From: Candidatus Nomurabacteria bacterium
GTDB taxonomy: Bacteria; Patescibacteriota; Minisyncoccia; Phycocordibacterales; UBA918
Assembly: GCA_020631995.1 (NCBI GenBank)
Contig: JACKGJ010000002.1
Span: 26,773 to 90,772, forward strand
Direction: 5' to 3'
DNA length: 64,000 nt
Position 1 is the first letter of the stretch. Every line of letters begins with the position of its first letter. The notes below the pieces were generated by a model. That model did not search any database. It had not been told where the DNA came from and was given only the letters and a program-made list of their open reading frames with translations. The position numbers and the translations under genes are program-made. Positions 37,388 to 44,582 of this stretch are shown here, piece by piece.

Positions 37388-37415
37388 TTGACAATATTTT
37401 AGGCAGTGTTATTTT
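37388..37415 (+). promoter_or_regulatory. sigma70-type promoter (TTGACA-N16-TATTTT)
   Basis: Perfect -35 TTGACA at 37388-37393 and -10 TATTTT at 37410-37415. Confidence 0.55.
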
Positions 37416-37421
37416 AATGGA

Positions 37422-37537
37422 GTAATTTGTTCTTGTTGAGTCCCCGAGAGAGTGGCTGGTCCCCGTTGCCCCGCCAAACCAACTGCTCTCCCCTGCCCCC
37501 AAGATTTTCCTAGGAAAATCTTGGGGGCTTTTCTTTT
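37422..37537 (+). ncRNA. candidate ~115-nt C-rich small RNA, delimited by its own promoter and terminator
   Basis: Only a 2-codon ORF follows the promoter. The body is GAGTCCCCGAGAGAGTGGCTGGTCCCCGTTGCCCCGCCAAACCAACTGCTCTCCCCTGCCCCC. It ends in a perfect 32-nt palindrome plus a T-tract. It matches no RNA family I recognise. Confidence 0.35.
37496..37537 (+). terminator. strong intrinsic terminator
   Basis: CCCCCAAGATTTTCCTAGGAAAATCTTGGGGG (perfect palindrome, 37496-37527) followed by CTTTTCTTTT. Confidence 0.85.
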
Positions 37538-37598
37538 AGTACATATCTCTTTCTAAAAAAACTGCAAATATAAAAATATTATTGTTACAATTGCTTGA

Positions 37599-38396
37599 AT
37601 GAAGTCTTCTCCAAATCAACGTTTTAATGATCTTGATTTGTCCGACTGGAAGAACCTAGATATTTGGACCGATAGTCTATGGCTGATACCAGAACGAGAT
37701 AAAACTGGCAAACATGATGGTTTTTACCATGGTAACTTTGTACCTCAACTTCCACGTCAATTAATATCTAGATATAGTAAAAAGAATGAGGTAATCTTTG
37801 ATCCTTTTCTGGGTAGCGGTACCACAGCGTATGAGGCGGAAGCTCTGGATAGGTGTTTTGTTGGTATTGAGATTCAAAAGGAACTAGTAGATCACGTAAC
37901 GAATCGCTTGGGACCTAGTGACAACTTTTCTGCTGTACTACAAGGTGACAGCACTGAGAAGAAATCTTTTAGTAAAGTTAAAGAATTCTTACGTCTACAT
38001 AAGCTAGAACGTGTTCATTTGGCTATATTGCATCCCCCGTATGCTGACATAGTAAAGTTCAGCGACCTCAATGGAGATTTGTCAAACTCCCCTTCTTTAA
38101 CAGACTTCCTCGATAAATTTTCTGCCGTGGTTCAAAATACCCTAGATATATTAGAGGATGGGCGATATTTGGCAGTGGTAATTGGAGACAAATACAGTAA
38201 AGGACAATGGATCCCTCTGGGTTTTTATTGTATGAACGAGGTCCAAAAATTAGGCCCCACACTCAAAAGTATTATAATTAAAAATATGGCGGGCAACAGA
38301 GCAAAGCAAAACAAGGAAGGAATTTGGAGGTATCGAGCATTGTCTTCTGATTACTACATTTTTAAACACGAATACATACTTCTCTTCAAGAAATAA
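37599..38396 (+). CDS. DNA methyltransferase (N4/N6 family) with motif I before motif IV
   Basis: FVPQLPRQLISRYS (motif X-like), IFDPFLGSGTTAYEAEAL (motif I), FVGIEIQ, then AILHPPYADIV (motif IV, with His in place of D/N/S). Extended -10 TGtTACAAT (37583-37591) lies 7 nt before the ATG. Confidence 0.7.
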   Translation: MKSSPNQRFNDLDLSDWKNLDIWTDSLWLIPERDKTGKHDGFYHGNFVPQLPRQLISRYSKKNEVIFDPFLGSGTTAYEAEALDRCFVGIEIQKELVDHVTNRLGPSDNFSAVLQGDSTEKKSFSKVKEFLRLHKLERVHLAILHPPYADIVKFSDLNGDLSNSPSLTDFLDKFSAVVQNTLDILEDGRYLAVVIGDKYSKGQWIPLGFYCMNEVQKLGPTLKSIIIKNMAGNRAKQNKEGIWRYRALSSDYYIFKHEYILLFKK

Positions 38397-38399
38397 TAT

Positions 38400-39260
38400 A
38401 TGGCTATAGTTAACATACGAGAAGTGAATTTTATTAAACTAAAATCACTCAAAAAAGAATATCTTAAGGAATTTTGTGAAAAATTTTCTATAGCTATTTC
38501 CTCTAACATCGCAGGGACAATTGAAAAAATACTAGAGGATTTTGATAGTGGACGTATTAAGACTTCTGATATTAATGATTTTATTAAATCAAAATATCAG
38601 AACTTAAGGTCAGAAGAAATTATAAAAACAGGAGCTACACATAAAGCGATTCTCTCAGAGTTGAATAAAATTGACGTGCGTACTTGGGGCATGGTTCAGG
38701 GTGCTGTAGACGCACATATACAATCTAATTACGTTAGAAAATTTTTTCGGTTCGAAGATGTAATTTCTGCAATACGAGGGGGGCTCTACCAAACTATTGA
38801 GTCATATACCCTGTCAACTTGGTACAATCACTGGAGTACTGTTTTCTTAGAAGACTTAATAAATGAGAATAAGAATGTCGTTCCGATAATAAAAAAAGTT
38901 AAGGGTGTGGACATTATCTGGAATGAACAGCCTTTGGACATTAAGGTTACTAATTTACCAAGAGAGTGGTTTAAGAATGGACTTACTTTCGAAGATGCGT
39001 TGAGTGACCCAAAAAAAGTTTGTAAATATATGTATCAACTCCAAGGAGCACAACGCTTTGGTAGTGAGAATAGGCTGTTTATAGTGATTTTTGATAGAAA
39101 TAAACCTGAAGAGAGTTGGAAGATAAAACGTGATTACAACCTTATAAAATCAAAGATCAATGACTTTTTTGATCAGGCAGTTCAACTTGATGCAATTAAC
39201 TTTAGTTTTGGTCGTAATCAGTATTTAGCACACAGTAAGGTAATGTTTATAGTGAAATGA
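38400..39260 (+). CDS. putative type II restriction endonuclease
   Basis: 286 aa, sandwiched between two methyltransferase genes with 3-nt gaps. Possible PD-(D/E)xK text: GVDIIWNEQPLDIKVT. No family was recognised by eye. Confidence 0.45.
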   Translation: MAIVNIREVNFIKLKSLKKEYLKEFCEKFSIAISSNIAGTIEKILEDFDSGRIKTSDINDFIKSKYQNLRSEEIIKTGATHKAILSELNKIDVRTWGMVQGAVDAHIQSNYVRKFFRFEDVISAIRGGLYQTIESYTLSTWYNHWSTVFLEDLINENKNVVPIIKKVKGVDIIWNEQPLDIKVTNLPREWFKNGLTFEDALSDPKKVCKYMYQLQGAQRFGSENRLFIVIFDRNKPEESWKIKRDYNLIKSKINDFFDQAVQLDAINFSFGRNQYLAHSKVMFIVK

Positions 39261-39263
39261 TAT

Positions 39264-40334
39264 ATGAATTATATTGGCAGTAAACTCTCATTGCTTCAAT
39301 TTTTGGAAGAATCAATTGACAAAGTGGCAGGTAAAGACTGTCGTACTTTTTGTGATTTATTTGCTGGAACTGGAGCAGTTGGATTGCATTTTAAGAAGAA
39401 AGGCTACAAAGTTATTGCCAATGACATTCAGTTTTATAGCTACGCTTTAAATCGCCACTACATTGGTAACCACAAACCTTTAAAATTTTCTGGTTTAGTT
39501 AAAGACATACCGAATTTAGAGGAAGTGAATGTTACCGATCGAGCAGTTGTTGTATGTGATCACTTGTCGGACCTTCAAGGAACCGAGGGTTTTATATTTA
39601 ACAATTATTGCCTTGGAGGAACAAATTTGTCAGCAGAACCCCGTCAATATTTTTCTGACGATAATGGAAAAAAGTGTGATGCTATTCGTCAGAAAATTGA
39701 ATCCTGGAAAAAGACTGACTTATTGAACGATGATGAATATTACTTTCTTTTAACCACCCTTCTTGAGTCTATTGATAAGTACGCAAACACTGCAGCAGTG
39801 TATGGAGCTTTTTTGAAGAAGCTCAAGAAATCTGCACAAAAGAGTATAGTATTGACCCCAGCAATGTTGACTATAAATGATCAAGAACACTTAGTTTTCA
39901 ATAAAGATGTGAATAGTTTAGCGAAGGAGATTGAGGGTGACATACTCTACTTGGATCCTCCGTACAATCAGAGACAATACGCTACCAACTATCACTTGTT
40001 GGAAACTATAGCTAAATATGACAATCCGGAGATCCATGGAAAGACTGGTTTGCGTGAATACTCAGCACAGAAATCTCTATATTGTTCCAGAAAAGAGGTA
40101 AAGTCTGCCTTCAAGGACCTCATTCTTAGTGCAAAAGCCAAATATATATTTCTTAGCTACAATAACGAAGGTTTAATGTCTGCAGGTGACGTGAAAGAAA
40201 TAATGAGCTTACGAGGAAAGTATGGTTTTTTCACTAAGGAATATGGTCGTTTTAAAGCAGATAAGTCTGAGAAGAGAAATTATAAATCTAATAGAACTAC
40301 AGAATATTTGCATTATGTAGTTTGTAATTCTTGA
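39264..40334 (+). CDS. D12-class (Dam-like) N6-adenine DNA methyltransferase
   Basis: MNYIGSKLSLLQFL, FCDLFAGTGAVG (FxGxG), ILYLDPPYNQRQY (DPPY). The motif order is alpha class. Confidence 0.85.
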   Translation: MNYIGSKLSLLQFLEESIDKVAGKDCRTFCDLFAGTGAVGLHFKKKGYKVIANDIQFYSYALNRHYIGNHKPLKFSGLVKDIPNLEEVNVTDRAVVVCDHLSDLQGTEGFIFNNYCLGGTNLSAEPRQYFSDDNGKKCDAIRQKIESWKKTDLLNDDEYYFLLTTLLESIDKYANTAAVYGAFLKKLKKSAQKSIVLTPAMLTINDQEHLVFNKDVNSLAKEIEGDILYLDPPYNQRQYATNYHLLETIAKYDNPEIHGKTGLREYSAQKSLYCSRKEVKSAFKDLILSAKAKYIFLSYNNEGLMSAGDVKEIMSLRGKYGFFTKEYGRFKADKSEKRNYKSNRTTEYLHYVVCNS

Positions 40335-40357
40335 GATTATTTAGCACTTGATAAAGC

Positions 40358-40390
40358 AAAAGCGCGGGCTGAAGGCCTGCGCTTTTCTTT
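40358..40390 (+). terminator. intrinsic terminator of the R-M operon
   Basis: AAAAGCGCGGGC-tgaag-GCCTGCGCTTTT followed by CTTTC. Confidence 0.75.
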
Positions 40391-40622
40391 CTATATTGAA
40401 TTGACTGATGTGTCTATTGACTCACAGTCAAACTCCGGCGGATTTGGTCGAATGCGGCGATTAGGGAGTCGCGGTTAAATTCTGTCACTGTCCCCTCTTC
40501 GTAATTATCTATCCAAGAGTAATTATTTCGTTTGCGGAAAGCTAAAACTAGAGGTTTGAGTACTAAGTGATTATATGCTTAACTTGCGCTAGCGAATCGA
40601 TAGTTCCCTACAGGAGGAGAGC

Positions 40623-41441
40623 ATGACTAATGCAAACATAGTCTCTGTCTCTGTTAATGAGATTTGGGACAGGGTCAGAGCAAGGCTTAAGGCCACTATT
40701 GGACCCGAGAAGTACAATAGCTGGTTTACCTCTGCTCAGTTGGAGGAAACGCACTCGAATGGAGTGACTGCCACTGTCTCGGTCGCAACGCCCTTCTTGG
40801 TGAATTGGATTAACAATACGTATCACAGTGTCATCCAAGAACTCTGGCAGGAGTATCAGCCTGAAACCAAAGTGCGAGTTGTTCTTCGCAAAAGGACTAA
40901 TGGAGAAAAGATCTTTGATCCGGAGGCGCCAGATAATAACAAACGGAAAGCGACCTCTGTTCCTAAAGACAGGACAAGAAAATCACCTACCAGCAAGGGA
41001 AAAGCAACTACTAAGCCTGCCTCTGGCAAGCTATCAAAAATACCTTCACCAGACTCGTCAGCTTTGGAGGAAGCAAAGTTGATGGTTTTATACCGTCTCA
41101 CTAGTACAGAGGGGGTGATCAAAGTCGAGCTGTGTAGGGCGTTTGTTATACGTGCCTATGGGGTAGATTATGATAAACTGGTCTCTGATTGTGTTAAATG
41201 GTCAGTGACGATACCGAGGCACATTGCGATATACTTGGCCAAGAAGCTGACCCCGCGTTCTTTGGCTGAGATAGGAGGTCTGTTCGGTGGTCGGGACCAC
41301 ACTACAGTGGTCAACTCAATAAAAAGAATAGAGACCCTTTGTGTTCGCAATCCGGAGTTCAATGACTTGATCAGTTCATACATTGATCACTTTGAGGCCT
41401 GTGTGGAACTCTCAAAGAGATCAATCGTCGAGGCGCCATAA
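40623..41441 (+). CDS. mini-DnaA: DnaA domain I + basic linker + domain IV (HTH), no AAA+ domain III
   Basis: 272 aa. N-terminus: IWDRVRARLKATIGPEKYNSWFTSAQLEE...ATVSVATPFLVNWINNTYHSVIQELWQEY (DnaA_N pattern). C-terminus: VTIPRHIAIYLAKKLTPRSLAEIGGLFGGRDHTTVVNSIKRIE (DnaA signature GGRDHTTV). No Walker A or B motif anywhere. Strong SD AGGAGGAG lies 3-4 nt upstream. Confidence 0.7.
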   Translation: MTNANIVSVSVNEIWDRVRARLKATIGPEKYNSWFTSAQLEETHSNGVTATVSVATPFLVNWINNTYHSVIQELWQEYQPETKVRVVLRKRTNGEKIFDPEAPDNNKRKATSVPKDRTRKSPTSKGKATTKPASGKLSKIPSPDSSALEEAKLMVLYRLTSTEGVIKVELCRAFVIRAYGVDYDKLVSDCVKWSVTIPRHIAIYLAKKLTPRSLAEIGGLFGGRDHTTVVNSIKRIETLCVRNPEFNDLISSYIDHFEACVELSKRSIVEAP

Positions 41442-41463
41442 GACGCCTCAACTCACAGACTCC

Positions 41464-41490
41464 AAACGCCTTCGGGCGTTTTTTCTTTTT
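41464..41490 (+). terminator. intrinsic terminator
   Basis: AAACGCC-ttcg-GGCGTTT followed by TTTCTTTTT. Confidence 0.8.
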
Positions 41491-42309
41491 CTAAATAATC
41501 ACCCCTCCCAATAGCTCCTTAAGAGCATTATCATAATCAGGGCGGTGGAGGGTGAGATGGATAGTACGGGTACTTCCCTGGCTAAAGTGACTCTCTAACT
41601 CCGGATGTCTTTCCAGATAATTGACCAGTTTATTAGGGATGATTTCGTCTTGGGAAAGGATCTTAAGACTTGAATTAAAATGGGCGCGCAGACCGTCTTT
41701 GAGTTTGGTGTAGTGGGTACAGCCAAGAATGACCGTATCAAATTGATTACTCCCCTTTTCTTCTTCAATTGTCACTATGGCTTTACTCAAAGCTTCCGCA
41801 CGATCCCCGCTCTCGATTAGAGGGACCAGTTCTGGTGTCGGTACTGAATAGAGTTTAATCTTGCGTGGTGAGCGATTCTGAAGCTCCAGAGCGTATTTAC
41901 CAGACTCGACTGTGCGCTTGGTGGCAATAAGTAGGGTTGAGGTACTATCACTATTAATCAAGGCTTCGACAGTTGGAATAACGACGCCTAAGATGCGTCG
42001 GTCTGGGTAGTTATCTTTAAGGAAGCCGTCTTGAAGTCGACGGAGTGTTTCCGCAGAGGCGGTGTTACAAGCAATGACAACTAGCAGACAGTCTTTTTTA
42101 AAGAGTGCTTCTACCCCGGCTTTGGTTAGTTGGTATATCTCCTCTTCAGTCTTGTCGCCCAAAGGTAGGTTCGCAGTGTCACCATAGTAGACATAGTCAT
42201 ATTGTGGCAATTCCTTAGCCACTACCTTCAGAATAGTCAGACCACCGAGCCCAGAATCGAAGAAACCGATCTTTCCCGCTTTTTGCACATTTGGAGCTTC
42301 TTCAGTCAT
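41491..42309 (-). CDS. murI: glutamate racemase
   Basis: IGFFDSGLGGLTILK, VIACNTASA, ILGCTHY. TATACT (complement of 42316-42321) lies 6 nt before the ATG. Confidence 0.9.
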   Translation of the reverse strand: MTEEAPNVQKAGKIGFFDSGLGGLTILKVVAKELPQYDYVYYGDTANLPLGDKTEEEIYQLTKAGVEALFKKDCLLVVIACNTASAETLRRLQDGFLKDNYPDRRILGVVIPTVEALINSDSTSTLLIATKRTVESGKYALELQNRSPRKIKLYSVPTPELVPLIESGDRAEALSKAIVTIEEEKGSNQFDTVILGCTHYTKLKDGLRAHFNSSLKILSQDEIIPNKLVNYLERHPELESHFSQGSTRTIHLTLHRPDYDNALKELLGGVII

Positions 42310-42395
42310 ATATACAGTATAATGGTTATAGATGTAGCATTATAAGCTTAGATAAGTTAGTTAACTAGCTTCCTAAATAAAAGATTTCAAAATTT

Positions 42396-42785
42396 ATGGA
42401 CTTTATTGATAAAACTCTACGTGCACATGGCGCCATGGTGGGCCGTATGCTCATAGGCTTACTATTCGTATTCTCAGGAGCGGGAATTGTGATGAATGGA
42501 GTAGATGGTTTCGTTGGTATGATCGAGACTCGAGGTTTACCAATGGCTTCCCTGCTTGCTTGGGTAGTGGTGCTCATTAAAATTGCCGCTGGTGGCGCTT
42601 TAATGTTGGGGTACAAAACCAAGGAGGCTGCTTTGGCACTCTTGGTCTTCACACTCCTTGCGACTATCTTCTACCATATGAATCTTGAAGATGTTAACTT
42701 GTTCAAGAATTTGGCGATTATGGGTGGGTTGATGTATGTATATATCTACGGCCCGGGACCGGGCTGGAAACTTAAGACTTCCTAA
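42396..42785 (+). CDS. DoxX family membrane protein
   Basis: 129 aa with four hydrophobic segments. GRMLIGLLFVFSGAGIV fits the DoxX-type N-terminus. Confidence 0.7.
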   Translation: MDFIDKTLRAHGAMVGRMLIGLLFVFSGAGIVMNGVDGFVGMIETRGLPMASLLAWVVVLIKIAAGGALMLGYKTKEAALALLVFTLLATIFYHMNLEDVNLFKNLAIMGGLMYVYIYGPGPGWKLKTS

Positions 42786-42787
42786 AA

Positions 42788-42910
42788 AACTTTCTTAAAA
42801 TCGGCACATACGCACCAGTTTCATAATTTTCCTCGGTCGTCGTAGATGGACCTACGCCTCCCTCGTAAAATTCTTCCAACTGGCACGTCTGCGCTCGATT
42901 TAAAAAAAGT
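42788..42910. repeat. intergenic imperfect-palindrome element, copy 5
   Basis: AACTTTCTTAAAATCGGCACATACGCACCAGT pairs imperfectly with ACTGGCACGTCTGCGCTCGATTTAAAAAAAGT. The core AATTTT-CCTCGGTCGTCGTAGATGGACCTACGCCTCCCTCGT-AAAATT (42825-42872) is collinear with the copy 1 core. It starts 3 nt after the doxX stop. Confidence 0.7.
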
Positions 42911-42937
42911 CTGGACGAGAGGAAAATTCTACACATA

Positions 42938-42967
42938 CAAAAGGCCGCCCTTACGGGCGGCTTTTTG
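42938..42967. terminator. bidirectional intrinsic terminator between convergent genes
   Basis: CAAAAG-GCCGCCC-ttac-GGGCGGC-TTTTTG. Confidence 0.85.
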
Positions 42968-42976
42968 TATGTGGTC

Positions 42977-43399
42977 TTAACCACTGTATGCGACTGTGTT
43001 CCCCCAGCAAGGCCGAGAGGCACTCCATGGCTGTGTACCCTGATTCTCATAGAGAAAACGAGCATAGGCCATATTGTCGTGTATGTTTTCGAGATCGAGA
43101 CCAAGCTTAATAGCTGCGGCCTCGTGATAGCGTTTGTTGATTTGCATTACGCCGGTGTCGGCGGGATCAACCTTTCCTTGTAGGACTGATCCGTCAGATA
43201 AATCATGACGGAACGTTGATTCACAACGTGCCACCTGAACCATGACTGGAATGTCCTTAAAGTACTCGCGGACGATACTTTCAGTATCGGAAATGGCTAC
43301 TTTCTCCGCTTTAACCGTCTCTTCAGTAATTTGGCCATATGCGATCGGTGTTGTACTAATCGATGCTGCGCCAGTAACCGTTATGACGGCCGTTAGCAA
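42977..43399 (-). CDS. secreted lytic transglycosylase-like (SLT/goose-lysozyme-type) protein
   Basis: VARCESTFRH (catalytic Glu context), TGVMQINKRYH, YARFLYENQG. The only available start is TTG 43399, because an in-frame stop lies 9 codons upstream. Confidence 0.65.
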   Translation of the reverse strand: MLTAVITVTGAASISTTPIAYGQITEETVKAEKVAISDTESIVREYFKDIPVMVQVARCESTFRHDLSDGSVLQGKVDPADTGVMQINKRYHEAAAIKLGLDLENIHDNMAYARFLYENQGTQPWSASRPCWGNTVAYSG

Positions 43400-43408
43400 T
43401 GTGGATAA
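43400..43408 (+). promoter_or_regulatory. perfect DnaA box (TGTGGATAA) abutting the TTG start of the transglycosylase gene
   Basis: Exact 9-mer immediately 5' of the minus-strand start codon. Confidence 0.35.
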
Positions 43409-43444
43409 AATAAGCCCGTTGTCTTAGTTTTTAATAGCCCGCAT

Positions 43445-43500
43445 AAAGGACTGAAAATTGTGAGTAACTTCACTGGTTCTTCATCAATTTTCAGTCCTTT
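43445..43500. promoter_or_regulatory. perfect 16-bp inverted repeat with a 24-nt spacer
   Basis: AAAGGACTGAAAATTG (43445-43460) / CAATTTTCAGTCCTTT (43485-43500). No T-tract follows on either strand. It lies in the 5' region of the transglycosylase gene. Confidence 0.5.
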
Positions 43501-43543
43501 GTGCTTTTGAAGGCCTGGCCACGAGAGTTTTAAGGCTCCGTAC

Positions 43544-43566
43544 CAAAAAAACAGCCGTAGCTGTTT
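43544..43566 (-). terminator. intrinsic terminator of the minus-strand sugar-kinase operon
   Basis: Read on the minus strand: AAACAGC-tacg-GCTGTTT followed by TTTTTTGG. Confidence 0.7.
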
Positions 43567-43738
43567 ACCGGAATACAATAGCACAAAATGCACCTAAAAT
43601 CAAATTATGCAATAATTCAGAGTTTTGTAAATAGTATAAAAGCCTTATTTTAAGCCATTTTGCCTAAAGTGCTGAAAGCTAGCCACTGAAGAATAAGAGA
43701 AGTATCCCTCTTGTATTTTAAGTCATTCACTCAGCACC

Positions 43739-44578
43739 CTATTCCATCTGTCCGAGTAGTACCATAGCGCCATATAGGCCACTATCGTCCTTCAGTTTGG
43801 CTACCTTGAGCTCTGGTACCGCAATATCGTCTGCTAGGACCAATTCTGTATGACGTTTAATATTTTCTAGTGGTATGGCAGGGTTACCAGTAATCATTGA
43901 GCCACCAAGCACGATGACATCAGGTGACCAATAGTAGATGGTGTTGCGAAGACCGTGGGCCAAGTAATTGGCTAATTGGTCCCAGATAGCGTCGTCTTGT
44001 GGAATGTCGTAGGGCTTAGCGCCGGTCCTCTCTTCAATAGCGGAACCAGATACTAGGTTTTCAAGCGTTGGCAAGATGTCGTCACCTAAGATGGTGCGGT
44101 CAATATCAAGCACTTGCTTGCCAGGTTCAAAGCCTAAGTGATAACTATCAATCTTTCCTTTCTCTATCTTAGCTCCCCCTACTCCGGTCGAAATCGTGTG
44201 GTAGACCATAATGTCAGCTCCCTTCCCTGCACCAAAGTGAGCTTCGCCAAGACCAGCTAGGGCCGCGTCGTTTTCAAGACATACTTTGGTCTTCAGTCTT
44301 TTTGCTAAAGTGTCAGCCAATGATTCCTCTACCCATTTTGAGAGCACATCATCATGGGCAATATAGGTACGGTCCTCGCTAAGCATTCCTCGCACAGCGC
44401 CACAGGCACCTCGGATGTTAGTCTTGGCTAAACTCTCAGCTGCTTCCACGATTTTATCTATTCCCTCCTTAAAGTTAATCGGCGTCTTAAACTTAATCGG
44501 CTTCTCAAACGATTTTAAATCTTCAGATACCGCCACGCGGGTATTTGTACCACCAATGTCAAAAAGAATGTAACTCAT
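43739..44578 (-). CDS. ROK family sugar kinase (glucokinase-like)
   Basis: ILFDIGGTNTRVAV and ENDAALAGLGEAHFGAG. Confidence 0.8.
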   Translation of the reverse strand: MSYILFDIGGTNTRVAVSEDLKSFEKPIKFKTPINFKEGIDKIVEAAESLAKTNIRGACGAVRGMLSEDRTYIAHDDVLSKWVEESLADTLAKRLKTKVCLENDAALAGLGEAHFGAGKGADIMVYHTISTGVGGAKIEKGKIDSYHLGFEPGKQVLDIDRTILGDDILPTLENLVSGSAIEERTGAKPYDIPQDDAIWDQLANYLAHGLRNTIYYWSPDVIVLGGSMITGNPAIPLENIKRHTELVLADDIAVPELKVAKLKDDSGLYGAMVLLGQME

Positions 44579-44582
44579 ATGA

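Noticed and set aside
37459-37480. ...GCCCCGCCAAAC resembling a tRNA acceptor/CCA end, considered as a possible tRNA fragment or att site.
   Set aside because: No T-arm (GTTCGAATC-like) or cloverleaf can be drawn. It is treated only as part of the C-rich direct repeat.
43393-43593. A 66-aa minus-strand ORF in the ROK-transglycosylase spacer.
   Set aside because: It spans a terminator hairpin and the 16-bp inverted repeat. It has an aromatic/Leu-rich implausible sequence and no SD or -10 geometry.
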